Shown: piece after piece, positions 14,363 through 27,118 of the stretch
Numbering within the stretch: the first letter of the stretch is position 1
How the letters are laid out: each line of letters opens with the position of its first letter
From: the human T2T-CHM13v2.0 reference genome, Homo sapiens
NCBI RefSeq assembly: GCF_009914755.1
Contig: NC_060926.1
Reading direction: 5' to 3' (one strand)
DNA length: 64,000 nt
Position numbers and translations under genes: made by a program
The notes under the pieces: model-generated
Database searches by the model: none
The model's input: only the letters and a program-made list of their open reading frames with translations
What the model was told of the DNA's origin: nothing

Positions 14363-17098
14363 CTGGGAAAACATTACCTTGACCACTCAGAGAAGTCATG
14401 CCTCTCCAGTGCCTAAGTTGAAACTGTGCCCTGCATCCCAGGAAATGATGCCTTGACCAGCCAGGGTGGTCACACACCCCAGTACCTAAGCTGATGTGAC
14501 ACTCTGCATTCCAGGGAAATGGGGCTTGGGCTGCCTAGAACAGTCACATCCCACAGGCCTGAGCTGAAGTGGCACATTGCCCCTGGGAAGTCAATGCCCT
14601 GGCCAAGCTGAACAGCTGCATATTCCAAGGCTGAGCTGTTATAGTATCCTGCCGCCCAGGCAAGAGAGAAGTGGCTGAACTGAAATACTCCACCCTATAT
14701 GCCAAATACCTCTAGTACCTTGCTTCCCTGGAGCCGGACTAGTTCCCTATTCTGGGCTTCTGAGATACCTCTCTCCCTGGGGAGTGCAGTCATCCATGTA
14801 CCCACTCCCCCCCGGCCCAAACTAGAGCTGTGCTTTGCCATTCTGGGATACTTGCTGTTGCTACACATGGCTGTAAAGAGTCTAGAATGCTGCTAAGCCC
14901 CACCATTCCAGGGTCTATGGTCACTACTGCAAAGTGCCTCATCTCCTGGGAGATGCCACTGGGTATATTTGGCTCAGGTTCTCAAATTGCATCCATACCT
15001 TTCTCCCCCTGCCCATACCTCCAGATTACCCCTTCTTCTGAGGGATCAAGGTAGTACTGTACCTTGCTCCTCAGGGGCATAATCACCACTACAACGTGGC
15101 ACCTTGAACCCAAGCTGCTAGGGGGTGCCTCAGAGTCACAAATCTTGGCTTCATGGGAAACCTACATCTAATCCTGCCAAGGAGAGCAAACTTGCACCTC
15201 AAGACCCAGGTGCCATAACAGGTATGCAAGACCATAAGCCTGGGACCCTGCCCCCATAGCTGCTGTGAGCATCTAAGTATATGCTGCTGATATGAAGCAC
15301 ACCTCTCACCTGTAAAGACAAATATAAACTGAAAGTGAAGGGATGGATAAAAGTGATTCTGAGCAAAAGGAAATCAAAACTGACCAGGAGTAGCTATCAT
15401 GATTACATCAGATAAAGGAAACTATGGGTCAAAAACTGTAAAAAGAGACAAAAAGGGACATTATATAATGATAAAGGGATCAATTCAGGAAGAGGATATG
15501 ATTCTAAATATATATATATTTAGATATATAAAAATAAATACATATATACATATAAATATACATATTTAGATATATATCTATATATCTAAATGTATATATA
15601 TTTAGATATATAAAAATACATATATCTATAATATATATAACTATATATAACTATATATTTATAACTATATATAACTATATATTTATATTTATATATATTA
15701 TATATAACTATATATAAAAATATATAGCTATTTATATATAACTATTTATATATAACTATATATAACTCTATATATTCATATATAACTATATAGTTATATA
15801 TAGTCATATATAACTATATATGTTTATATAAATATAAATATAAATATAATATATTTATATATATATATTTATCTCCAAACCTGGAGCACTCAGATGCATA
15901 AAGCAAATGTTATTAATCCTAAAGGAAGAGATAGCCTCTAATACAGTAATAGTTGGGGACTTCAATGCCCCACTGTCAGCACTGGAGAGATCATCTGGAC
16001 AGAAAATCAACATTATGAACATTAAATTTAAATTGCAATTCAGACCAAATGGACTTAGCAGACATTTACAGAACGTTTCATCCAACAGCTGCAGAATATA
16101 CATCTTCAGCAACCCTGAGCAAAAAGAATAAAGCTGAAGGCATCACAGTACAGGACTTAAAAATATACTACAAAGCTATAGTAATCCAAACAACGTGCTA
16201 TGGTCATAAAAACCAAACCATATGCAGGTGGCACAGAAAAGAAATAAACCTACATATTTATAGTGAAGTGATTTTCAACAAAGACATTGAGAACGTTCAT
16301 TGGGGAAAGGAAAATCTCTTCAATGAGTTGTGCTGGGACAACTGGATATTCACATGCAGAAAAGGAAACTGGATATCTATATTTCACCATATACAAAAGT
16401 CAACTCAAAATGGATTAAAGACTAAAATGTAAGATCTGAAACTATATAAAACTTCTGGAAGAAAACATTGGGAAATTCTTCAGAAAATTGATCTGTGTGA
16501 AGATTTTTATGGAGAAGACCTCAAAAGCACAGGAAATAAAAGGAAAAACAGACAAATGGCATTATGTTAAATTAAAAAGCATCTGTAGAGCAAAGGAAAC
16601 AACCGAGTGAAGAGCCAACCTTCAGAATGGGAGAAAATATTTGGAAACTACTCATCAAAGGATTAGTATCCAGAATATACAAGGAATTCAAACAACTCAA
16701 CAGCAAAATTAATAATCAAATTTAAAAATGATCATATGGGTCAAATAGACATCTCTCAAAAGAAGACATACAAATGGTCAATAGGCATATGAAAAAACTG
16801 TTCAACATCACTAATTATCAGAAAAATGCAAATCAAACCATGATAAGGTCTCATCTTACCCCAGTGAAAATGGATATTATAAAAAAAACAACAGAAACCC
16901 ACCCAAAACCAAAAACATAAACAAATACTGGCAAGGATGTAGAGATAGGGGAACTCCTCTACACTGTTGGTGGGAATAGAAGTTAGTACAGCCATTATTT
17001 AAAATAGTATGAGTATGAGATTCCTCTAAAAACTAAATGTAGAGCTTCCATATGATCCAGCAATTTTACTAATGGGTATGTATTCAAATGCAAGGAGA
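14363..17098 (+). mobile_element. Old L1 copy B: GC-rich monomeric 5'UTR, ORF2 endonuclease fragment and ORF2 C-terminal fragment, with two large internal deletions
   Basis: IVGDFNAPLSALER (EN), then ILSKKNKA/KIYYKA-type sequence directly after 16110; no ORF1 or RT core. Confidence 0.8.
15506..15870. repeat. Complex (TA)-rich expansion inside L1 EN coding sequence
   Basis: About 365 bp of tatata/taactatata units. Confidence 0.95.
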
Positions 17099-17316
17099 GG
17101 CCCTAAATGCCCAGGAGGTGGTACCAAGAGCTTTCAAAGGGAGGGAGGATTAATTTAAGTGTGGGAGGATTTGCTCTGTCTTCTGCCACTGTACCCTGGC
17201 TTGAGAAAATCATATTTTGGAAAAACCCTAAATTAAACCAGCTTAATATGAACTGAGTGTTTGCAGTAACAAAGGATTCTTCTCTTTTCAAAGGAAATCT
17301 TCATCAGTGCTGTAAA
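17099..17316 (+). repeat. Direct copy of 21527-21740 embedded in L1
   Basis: Shared ends ggccct..atgcccaggaggtg and atcagtgctgtaaa; roughly 85% identity by eye. Confidence 0.95.
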
Positions 17317-18010
17317 TATGTCAAAGACCTATTTGCACTCTGATGTTTATTGTAGCACTATAAATAGCCAAGGTATAGAACCAACTTACACGTTCACAAA
17401 TAAAGAAATGAATAAAGAAAATGCTATATATATATATATATGTATGTGACACACACTCACAATGGAATACTATTTAGTGATGAAAGGGAGCAAAATTCTA
17501 TCATTCACAGCAACATAGATAATCTTGGAGGATATTATGTTAAGTGAAATAAGTTAGGCACAGAAAGGGAAATACTGCATGTTCTCACTCATATGTGGAA
17601 GCTAAAAAAGTCTGACTTCAAAGAAGCAGAGAGTAGAATAGTGGTTATTGGAGGCAGGGAAGTCTATGTGGGAGAGAGGATACCAAAAGATTGGTTAATA
17701 GATATAAAAGTACAGCAAAATAGGAGGAATAAGTTCTACTGTTCTATAGCACTGTAGGGCAACTATAATTAACAACAATTTGCTGTGTATTTTCAAATAT
17801 GTAGAAGAGCAGATTTTGAATGTTTCCAAAACAAAGAAATGATAAATATATGAGGTGTGAGATATGTTAATTACCCTGATTTGATCATTACCCAATGTAT
17901 ATATGTATCAAAATAGTACACTATACTCAATTATTTTACAGTTATTATGTGTTACAATTATTATAAATATGCACAATTATGTGTCAATTAAAAAATAATA
18001 AAAAAGAAAA
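17317..18010 (+). mobile_element. L1MA-type 3' end with A-rich tail
   Basis: aatggaatactat...ataggaggaataagttcta...ttaccctgatttgatcatta...tgtcaattaaaaaataata. Confidence 0.9.
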
Positions 18011-18054
18011 AACTGTGGAACAAGAACAAAAAAAGTGGTAAGGCATGAAGAGTT

Positions 18055-18078
18055 TGTGTGTGTGTGTGTGTGTGTGTG
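18055..18078. repeat. (TG)n microsatellite
   Basis: Read directly. Confidence 0.95.
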
Positions 18079-18231
18079 TTTGCACATGCATGGTGGGGCA
18101 AATATGGAAGATGACATAATCAGTTATGAATTTAGAAAATATTACTCTATGTTGAAAATGGATGAGGGAGAGGGAAGAGCATGCTGGTAAATGGGGACAG
18201 CACAAGTTGAAGGCTGTTGCAGTTACACAAG

Positions 18232-18618
18232 TGCTCTGGTTTAAATATTTTTTCCTCCCCAAATTTCCTGTTAAAACTCAATCTCCACTCCAACATTGGG
18301 AAATGTGGCCTTTTGAGAGTGGTTTAGGGCCCACACCACAAGGGCCCCATCCCCATGAAGAGATTAGTGTTGCCATTAAAAAGGGCTTTTGGGAGTGGGT
18401 TCTCTCTCTTCTGCTCTTCTGCCACGTAGGGACATGTTTGTCCCCTTTTGCCCTTCCACCTTCCACCATGTGAGGACTCAGCTAGAAAGCCCTCACCAGA
18501 TGCTGGAGACTTGATTTTGGAGTTTCAAGTCTCCATAACTGTAAGAAAATAAATTTCTGTTCCTTGTAAATTATCTAGTCTGCAGTATTTTGTTATAGCA
18601 GCACAAACGGACTAAGAT
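18232..18618 (+). mobile_element. MaLR solo LTR (MSTD/MLT1A-like)
   Basis: tgctctggtttaaat...aaataaatttctgttc...tatagcagcacaaacggactaaga. Confidence 0.8.
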
Positions 18619-18974
18619 ACCAGGGAAAGATTGTGGTAGCTGGAGAAAGAGATGGGTGGATAGGTTAGACGTGTAACGAGGTAAAAACAACAGGACTTGG
18701 TGTTGTACTTCAGTACGACGTTTCTACATTGTGATCTTGGCTTTAATGAATAACCAAGGGATCTGAGAAACTGTAAATTCTGAGTACAGTCTGATAAATG
18801 TGCTGTTAATATTATGAATACAGGGTTATGGTTTGGAAGAACTTGGAAAGTTCTGGAAAAGTTCTGTAGAAAAGTAAGCATTTCATCTGGTCCCTGAATG
18901 GGAAGCAGGATTTTATGAAGTGAAATTTTAGACAGAGGGACAGCATCTACATAAGAACAGTGTGAAAGTATATT

Positions 18975-20130
18975 TTGTTCATTTGTTTATTTGTTGATTC
19001 ATTCCCCTGCAATTATTTTTGATCCCTTTATGTGCCAGACATTGTCCAAAGAACAAGCTGTCACATTCTAAATATGCAATATGATGTCTGGTAATAATAG
19101 TGCTTGGGGAATAGAAAATTATTCCACCTGGTGAGAGTGTAAGGTACACAGTGCATATGGTGGGAAATAAAGGGTTTTGATTTCTGTGCCAGGAGCTTAT
19201 GACTTAAGTCTGCAGCGAGGAAGATCCCTAGAAGTTCTTCTGCAAGAGAATTTAAACAGTGCAAGTCTGGCAGCAGAGTGGCAGGAAGATTGGAGCTGGG
19301 ATAGGCATGGAAGCTTCATACAGTAGGTTATGTAAGTGATGATGAGACTTTGGGTCTAATAGTAACAGGAATGAGAAGAGGACTGGATATCAGAGTACAT
19401 CTGAGAGGCAGTCAGTAGGACTGGAGGAGCACCTTGGCATAAGGGATAGAGAATGCACCTGAGTCAAGGGAGACTGGATTTTCCTTGTTTGGGAACCTGG
19501 GCAGATGGTGACATGATTCACTGGGCAATATGGGAATACGAGAAATTTAAAAATAAAGATAAGCTAGTTCTGAATATGTTGAATTCCAGGTATTTGCAGT
19601 TCACTCAGATGTAGATGTTTAGGCATCTTTCCAATTCAAAACAAGAATTATGGCCTCAGGAGAGAGGTGGAGGTTGCAGATGAAAGTTTAGGAACCCTGG
19701 TAATAAGACATTATCTGACAACTGGTCATTCAAGGGTGGAGCTAGAAGAAAAGAAAATGGCCAAAAAATAGAACCCTAGAATACCTAAATTTTTGAAGGG
19801 CAGTTGAAGAACAAGAGAGATGAAGAGAACTGGATATGGAGCAATCTGGGAGGTTAATAGGGAGGCAGGAGAGTGTGGTATCCCAGAAGTTAAGTGGGGA
19901 AAGGGCATTGAGAAGAATGACATTAATGGTTAATGAAATTTAAAGACTACATATAAGGTAAGTAGAAGAGGATAAAGTAGAATTCACTGGATCTTGTAAC
20001 TGTGGTATTTTTGAGATCTTTGATAGAATAATTTAATAGTGTTGAAGAATTTTTGTCCAAATAGCAAGTGGGCAGGCTAAGAAGCGATTGAAAAGAAAGG
20101 ATAGAGAGGCAGTGAATGTAGGCAACTCTT
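18975..20130 (-). mobile_element. L2 fragments, degenerate
   Basis: ttcatt repeats with gtgccagacattgt, followed by purine-rich antisense L2 body. Confidence 0.55.
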
Positions 20131-21526
20131 TCAACACAGTGGTCTTGATGGGGAAGAGAGAAGAAGGGAGCAGAATAGGAAGGTGGAATTTATACAGAAT
20201 ACTTTTCTTTTATTCTTTCCAACATGGATAGGTGAAAGTTGGTCACATGTGCAGAATGAATGAAAAGGACTTTGTGATTTGTGGAGGGGGAGATACTGAA
20301 GAAAAGGCCAATATTTATTAAGTTCAGGAAACTGATTAACAACTGGAAGAACACAAGTGAAGGAGATAGGTCTGGAAAGGAGATGAGAATTTCTTGGTGA
20401 CCAAGAGTGTAAGGTAAGACAATGGACAAAGGTGAGCACGGAGACTGAGGAATACGCAAGTCTCCTCAGGTTCAGTTCAGTGCTGGGCCCTCTGCTAGAA
20501 AATGCTTTGAAGCCTTATGGTATAAAAAGGGTAAAAAAACAAGATCAATTTTATTTTGGTGTATCGCTGTGCCAGTTCAGGATGATTAATGAAGACATGA
20601 GGTAAAAATGTACAAGCTGTGTCTGAACAAGTTGAGTTACTGAGCCAGCTGCTGTGGTTCTTGGATTGTTGATATGTCAGCTCAGCTCAACCATTCGTAT
20701 TGCCACAGGAAGGTTTGCCTGATACTGAATACCCAATGAGGGGTCATTCACACTTGCTGGATTAAACTTGATTAAAGTAGCTTATTTGTGACATCTGAAA
20801 TGCCTGTCTTTAGAATTCTATGTAATTATAGTGATGTTTAGGGACACAGGGATATCCAGTAGTCATTTAGTCTATGTTAGCTCCAGGCAAGGGAATCGCG
20901 AATACATCTTGAGCATAAAGCTCTCCCACTCTACTGTCTCCCTGGTTTCCTTTGTGAACTCTGTTCAGCTTTAGTATCCCCATCTTCTAATCCCTGTGAT
21001 AGTTGAATGTCCTCAATGAGGTAAACCCGGAAGATTACAGGTCTTAAATCGGGCTCTCCTGCAACATGGAGATAGAAATTGGAAATCACGTAAGCCCCTT
21101 TTTAAAACTCCTCTCTTAATACACAGATGAGGAAACCAGGGCCCTGAAAGATAAAATGCTTTAATCGAGGTTATGCAGTAATTTTATATTAAAACTAGCA
21201 CTGAAACCAGGATTCTGACCACCCTCTTTTAAGCAGGTGGCTTAATTGCTGGAACATAATGACATCTTCTATACTTTGTGATTCTTTTGTTATTGGATTC
21301 CTTTCTTGCTTCTTCAGACTTCAGGAAGTACTATTCTTAAAGGGATATAAAAGAACCAAAAAGATAAAGTTAATGACTTCAAGAAAGAAACACATGAACT
21401 AAAGGTTTTCTTTCTTGCCTTGCTTTCATTCCCTTCTGTATATACTCTGTCTATTCATTGCTATACTTACTGGCATTAAAGTCCTGAATCCTGGCTGTCT
21501 CACTGCAGAGAAGAACATATTTCCCT

Positions 21527-21740
21527 GGCCCTGAATGCCCAGGAGGTGATACCAAGAGCTTTCAAAGGGAGGGAGGATTACTTTAAGTATAGGAGGATTT
21601 GCTCTTTTACTATTGCACCCCACTTTGAGAAAACCATGTCTTGGGAAAACTCTAAATTAGACTAGCGCAATGTGAACTGAATGTTTGCAGTAACAAAAGA
21701 GGCTTCTCTTTTCAAAGGAAATCTTAATCAGTGCTGTAAA
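21527..21740 (+). repeat. Probable source copy of the 17099-17316 duplication
   Basis: Aligns end to end with 17099-17316; lies in apparently unique sequence. Confidence 0.9.
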
Positions 21741-22349
21741 CTTTCCTAGTACTTTGAAATGCTTATATATCAATTACTACTTGCCTGCATGAATACTTTG
21801 GAAACAAGAAGTCTAGAGAATCTCTACAGCATAGATGTTAAGTCCTGCTGTCAATTAAAAATTAATCATAAATGGTAGAAAGTATCTCTGAAAGAGAGTG
21901 GATGTCTGCAGAAAAGAAGAGGCTTTGGTTTATGAAAATTCCATTCACCGGTACTCTGGGAGCAACCCCTTATTTGAGAAATGATGAAAATTGCTTGGAT
22001 TGCTCTTTTGCTCATTTCAATGGCCTCAGTGAAAGACTCCACACTATCATTTAGGAACCATGGTAACACAGTAAAATGTGAGGAGATGCAGAAAGTTTGG
22101 CTGACCATGTCAGTTCGGCTACTAAGTGCAGATAGTCATACTAGATGTGGTCTGAGGTTGCTCCCTATAGCCCCCTTGAGGCATTCACTCACAGCAGTGC
22201 TAGGTACATACATTTTCTCCAGGTCCCCAAATCCTGAAAATGCACCTTTTTGGATGACTCGAAGCTTGGTGAGGACAAACCTCCTGCAAAGAGAGTAGAA
22301 ATAAAATATCACAACCTATCCATTAATAAGTAATTGAGTTGCTAATGTA

Positions 22350-22570
22350 TTCATATCAGCAAACAGTTACCATATACTAAGTGCTTGCCATAAAGTAATG
22401 TTGAAATTGCTTTTACATTCTCTCTTTTCATCCTGTCTACAACTAGTGATACTGAAACTATTAGTCTTTCCATTTTGCATAAGGAAACTAGAGTTTAGGG
22501 AGAACAAAAAATTTACCCAGGGTCACATGGCTGATACATGACAGAGATGGAATATGAACCTTGCTTGTTC
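22350..22570 (-). mobile_element. MIR SINE
   Basis: ccattttgcataaggaaactagag...tttacccagggtcacatggctg. Confidence 0.75.
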
Positions 22571-22619
22571 CCACTACCGTATGTTGCCTTCTGCAGCCCT
22601 GTGTGAGGCCTGTTCTCTT

Positions 22620-23660
22620 CCTCTACTCCAACCCCCATTACCTCTTCCTTTATTGTCATTCTCAGCTGACCTTGCCTTCTATTCCAAGATGAAAATGAAA
22701 CCAATAGAAGAAAATGTCCTTATACCCTCTCAGGGCTCACTGCCTGATCAACCTGCCTGTACCTGTGCTTTATACACATTGCCTTCTCTCCTGGTACTGT
22801 GAGTGAACTCTCCAGGGTCCTAAGAATAGCTTCTCCAATATACACTAGGTCTGTTTCCCTCTCTGCTAGTCCCAGTAACCACTATGACAGTTTTCCACTT
22901 TCTTAGACACATTTCATTCACCTTTTTCCCCTTCTTTCCTGGATTCTGCTTACTGATATAAAAGCATGCCATAATGTCTCTCATCTCATCTAAAAAAAGT
23001 CTTCTCTTAACCTCAGCTGACTTCAGCTTTTGCCGTTTTCTTCTGCTCGAAATAATTGTCTCACGCTTGCCTCAAAATTCCTTCCAATGGCTCCTCATCT
23101 CACTAGGGGAAAAATCAAAGTTGTTTACAAAGGCCTTCAGTGCCCTACAAGAGCTTTCTCTTCTTTATTTCCATAGACCCTGTATTCTCAGTTTTGACAA
23201 CTACCCTTTGATCATCCTGGTCTTGCCGTGGTATCCTCTAAAAATTCCTCGGACAAGCCAGGTTCCTTCTGGCTTAATGTTTCCACATTTGCGGTTCTCT
23301 CTGTTTGGAACATTTCTCTCTCAGATATCCTCATGGCTTGTTATCTCAGACCCCCATTTGCTCAAATGTTACCATTTCAGTGAAGCTTTCGCTAACCATC
23401 TATTTAAAATGATAATCTCCCAAACTTGGCCCAGACCCTCTTTCCTGCTGCTTTAATTTTTCTTCATAGCAATTCTGACATGTTATATCTTCATTTATCT
23501 ATTTGTGTATCCATTTGTTTGTTTCTTCCTCCTAACTAGAATTCAAGTTCCATGAGGGCAAAAATGTTTGCCTGATTTGTTATGATTGTATACCAAATGC
23601 CTAGAACAGTGCTTAACATGATAGGTAGTCAATAAATATTTGAATGACTGAATTAAATGG
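22620..23660 (+). mobile_element. L2 (L2a-like) 3' portion
   Basis: aaattccttccaatggctcc...ccatgagggc...cctagaacagtgc...aataaatatttgaatgactgaat. Confidence 0.8.
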
Positions 23661-25600
23661 CTTATTGAGCCCTCTGAAAATTCTAGGTTTGAGGTTGAAG
23701 TTACAAGTGACCCTTTGAAAATGTTTATAATAAGAATATTATTCTTTCCCCAGCCTTCTTCTCTCTGGCTTTTTCTAGCTTTGTAACTGATTAATAGGGA
23801 TTTGGTTTTCTTTCATCTTTAACACGTCCTTTTACAAGGCAGTCTGTGAGCAGGAATTGTAATCAAACACCATGGACTTGGATAGTTTCATAAATATTTT
23901 ATTGCTTTAGCCTTCTGTTATATATTGGTGTTAGTGAAATTTCTGTTTCAGATAGAGCTGCTACTCAGGCAATCAGGTCTTTTCTTTCACCTTGTTTGTG
24001 CTTGGCTGCTAGGTGTACCAACCCTGTGGTGATGAATCATGAGAGAGAACCCTGTGTGCTGTTGCTGCCCTGGAGCAGTTTATATACTTGCTGGGAAGGC
24101 AATACCAGAAACCTTGAAATTGCCAGGAAACAGTTGAGGGCTATAGTTGTTGTAATAGCAATAAATGCTTTACAAGGATTAAGATGAGAAAGATTCCAAA
24201 ATACACAAATATATAACAGAAATATTGTCAAGAGTAGATGAGTTTTGAACCCAAGCCTCAAAAATATTAGATCATACTAAAAGCATTGTCTTTATTAAGC
24301 CATTTAAATAAAAGGTGATCTAATTTAAGATCAAAGATTATCTACTTCTAGAATATCTATCTAAAATTAATCAAAGTTAGCTCAACACCCTACCTTAATT
24401 GTACTCACTTAACCTTAGTTAATACATACAAGTTCCTTTTGTTCCTATTTAACACAAGACAGAAGAATGATGAAAATAAACCAATAAATGAAGATAATAA
24501 AATTGTTTTAAACTACGCAACACTCTAAAAGTTTTAAGGAAATTGAAACATTAAAGTAAAATATTAATTAACGAGATGCATGGAGAGTGAGGTCTTGAAT
24601 AACGAACTCTTCTATTTAATAATGTCAACTACAAAGCATTTTTTGATTCAGCCCCAGTAGTGTGCATGTTTTTCTAAAATTTTCAAGGACTATGTCTGTA
24701 TTAAGTAGTTCAAACTTATTAACATAATTAAATATTTTTGATGCTTAAAATCTTCACTGACCTCTATTTCCTGAAATGTTATAAACAAGATAATCTGAAG
24801 ACATTTTCACGAAAAATTACCCAGAAGTCTTCTATAAAACATTACAAATATTATTTTAAATGCATAGTAGAGCTTGCAAGGATATGAGAAATCCCCAGGG
24901 GCTCAAAGTAAAGCAGCTGAATACCAGATGGAACCCTGAGCAGTGGTGAATGCAAACCAGAATTCTAAGAGGGTAAACTAAAACCAAGGAACCCTGGGGG
25001 AGTTTCTGAACTTGGAGGCTAAGGGATTTACATTTTGGTACGAAACTGGCACATGAGATGAGATGTGGAAGATGGAATGTAAAGATACATTTTCATCTCA
25101 TACACATTCTAGAAAAGTATAGAATATGGAGAACTGGCAATTTAAATTACAATGAAATAACATCCAGAAATCTTTCATAACTTATAAAAGATATAAATCC
25201 TCAGATTCAGAGATCTCAACAAATCCCAGGGAGGAAAACACAAATCCACTTCCAGAAACCTATAAATTAAAACTGTAGAGCCATTAAAGAAGATATTTTA
25301 AATGCAAGTGGAGGGAAAAATATAGACTATCTTCAAATAAAAAATAATTAGAAAACCTTGTAAAAATATCTTCAAAATTATTAGAGAAAATAACTGCCAA
25401 TTTAAAATTCTATAATGTAGAAAATCATTCAAATGTGAGGATAAAATAAAATTACTTCTGAACAAATTTAATTAGCTATGAATAAACTTCTAGAAAAAGA
25501 ATATCTTTAAAGGATAAGAAAATTTAATCCAGGAGGAAGGCACAAAACACAAGAAGGAATAGTGAATGAAGAAATTAGTGTTTTGTATTGAATAGGTGAA

Positions 25601-25998
25601 TGTTTTAGTTCATTTGTGTTGCTATAAAGGAATACTTGAAACTAAGTAATTTATAAAGAAAAAGTTTATTTCACTCATAGTTCTGCAGGCTGTACAAGAA
25701 ACACGGCATCAGCATCTGCTTCTGGTGAGGGCCTCAGAAATCTTCCACTCATGGCAGTAGGGGAAGGAGGACAGGCATCACGTGGCAACGGATGAAGGAT
25801 GAGGAAGGGAAGGGAGATGCTAGGCTCTTTTCAACAATCAGCTCTTGTGAAAACTAATAGAGTGGGAATTCACTCATTACTGCAAGGATGGCACCAAGCT
25901 GCTCATGAGGGATCTGCCCCCGTGACACAGTCACCTCCCACTAGGTCACATCTCCAACAATGGATATTTCAATATGAGATTTGCAGGAAGGAAATATA
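25601..25998 (-). mobile_element. MST (MSTB-like) MaLR solo LTR
   Basis: ttgctataaaggaatac...gttctgcaggctgtacaagaa...gcatctgcttctggtgagggcctcag. Confidence 0.85.
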
Positions 25999-27118
25999 AG
26001 TGGGTTGTCATAATGGCTGGAAACCCCACCAAGTCAATAAAGAACACTAAAAACATATTGACCAAGAACTAGGTTACGAAGAAAATTAGTATTAAAAAAT
26101 TACTTTCTTTGATGATGATGCTATTAAATTACTTAGAAATCAGTAATAAATATAATTAACTCTTCTCCCCCAATACACATAGACCCATGTGGAAAGAACA
26201 AAACCAAAAGCAAAGCAAACCAACCAACCAACCAAACAAACAAACAAACAAGCACCCTTTTAAGTCATACATGGGTCAAAGAAGACATCGCAATTATAAT
26301 TAGGAATTATTTGGATTGACCTATAATGAAAATACAACATGTCAAACTCATTGGATATAGGTAAATTGCTACCTCTAGCAGAAATTTGTAGATTTAAATT
26401 ATTGTACCAGAAAAGGAAACAAAAAATTAGATTAAAAATTAATGAGCCAAGCTTCCAATACAATAAACTACTAAAAGAAAAATAGAATTGTGGAAACAGA
26501 AAATTATGAACCCAATAATTTTTATTCCATTTTTTGCTAGAACTTAAAGTGAAACTTGAAAGTTGTTTAATAAGAAACATTGGTAAAATGAAAGACTGTT
26601 GATAGAAATGTTTGAGAAGGTAAACACTAAGGTAGACATTATAATTTCATATTAGATAAAGTTTAATCTACACTAACTTGCAATTTTGCAATTATAAGGT
26701 TAAGTTTCTCTTTGAGTTTATTGGTAACATGGGTAAGGAGCTTTCTACTAGTAGCAAAAGGTTTACTAAAATGGTTTCATGGACTCGATTTATAATTTCA
26801 ACACTGAAAATGATTATTACAGAGAACTACACCTGTTTGAATGTTTACTGAAGAAAGCTGGATTTACCACTTAACATTGTAAACTCTGCTTATTATAGAA
26901 GGCTTATTTTAACCACCAACCTTCTGACAATTCATTATGACCTTGTTGATCTAGTTCTAATTAACAAATTCAAAAGGTATGTGCACATTTCCTTTAAATC
27001 AGAAATATAGATAAAGGCATTATATTTGATAAATTTTCATTTTAGAAATAAAGTAAGTGAGAATATAATAAAGTTTAGAATATTTTGCATCACAATTAAC
27101 ATCTTATGGATGCTTTCA

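Noticed and set aside
8250-14700. Monomer arrays as CRISPR-like repeats
   Set aside because: Whole units are degenerate tandem copies with no constant repeat plus unique spacer; eukaryotic L1 5'UTR context
17103-21623. Two ORFs sharing RANPPxLKxILPPFESSWYHLLGI, suggesting a small gene family
   Set aside because: The shared peptide reflects the DNA duplication; the ORFs diverge after an indel and resemble no protein I know
22974-23456. 160-aa hydrophobic ORF
   Set aside because: Lies within pyrimidine-rich L2 sequence; no recognisable domain
26894-26976. Possible coding exon ending at aaag|gtatgt
   Set aside because: Short open frame, weak acceptor and no recognisable homology; kept only as part of the captured-DNA finding
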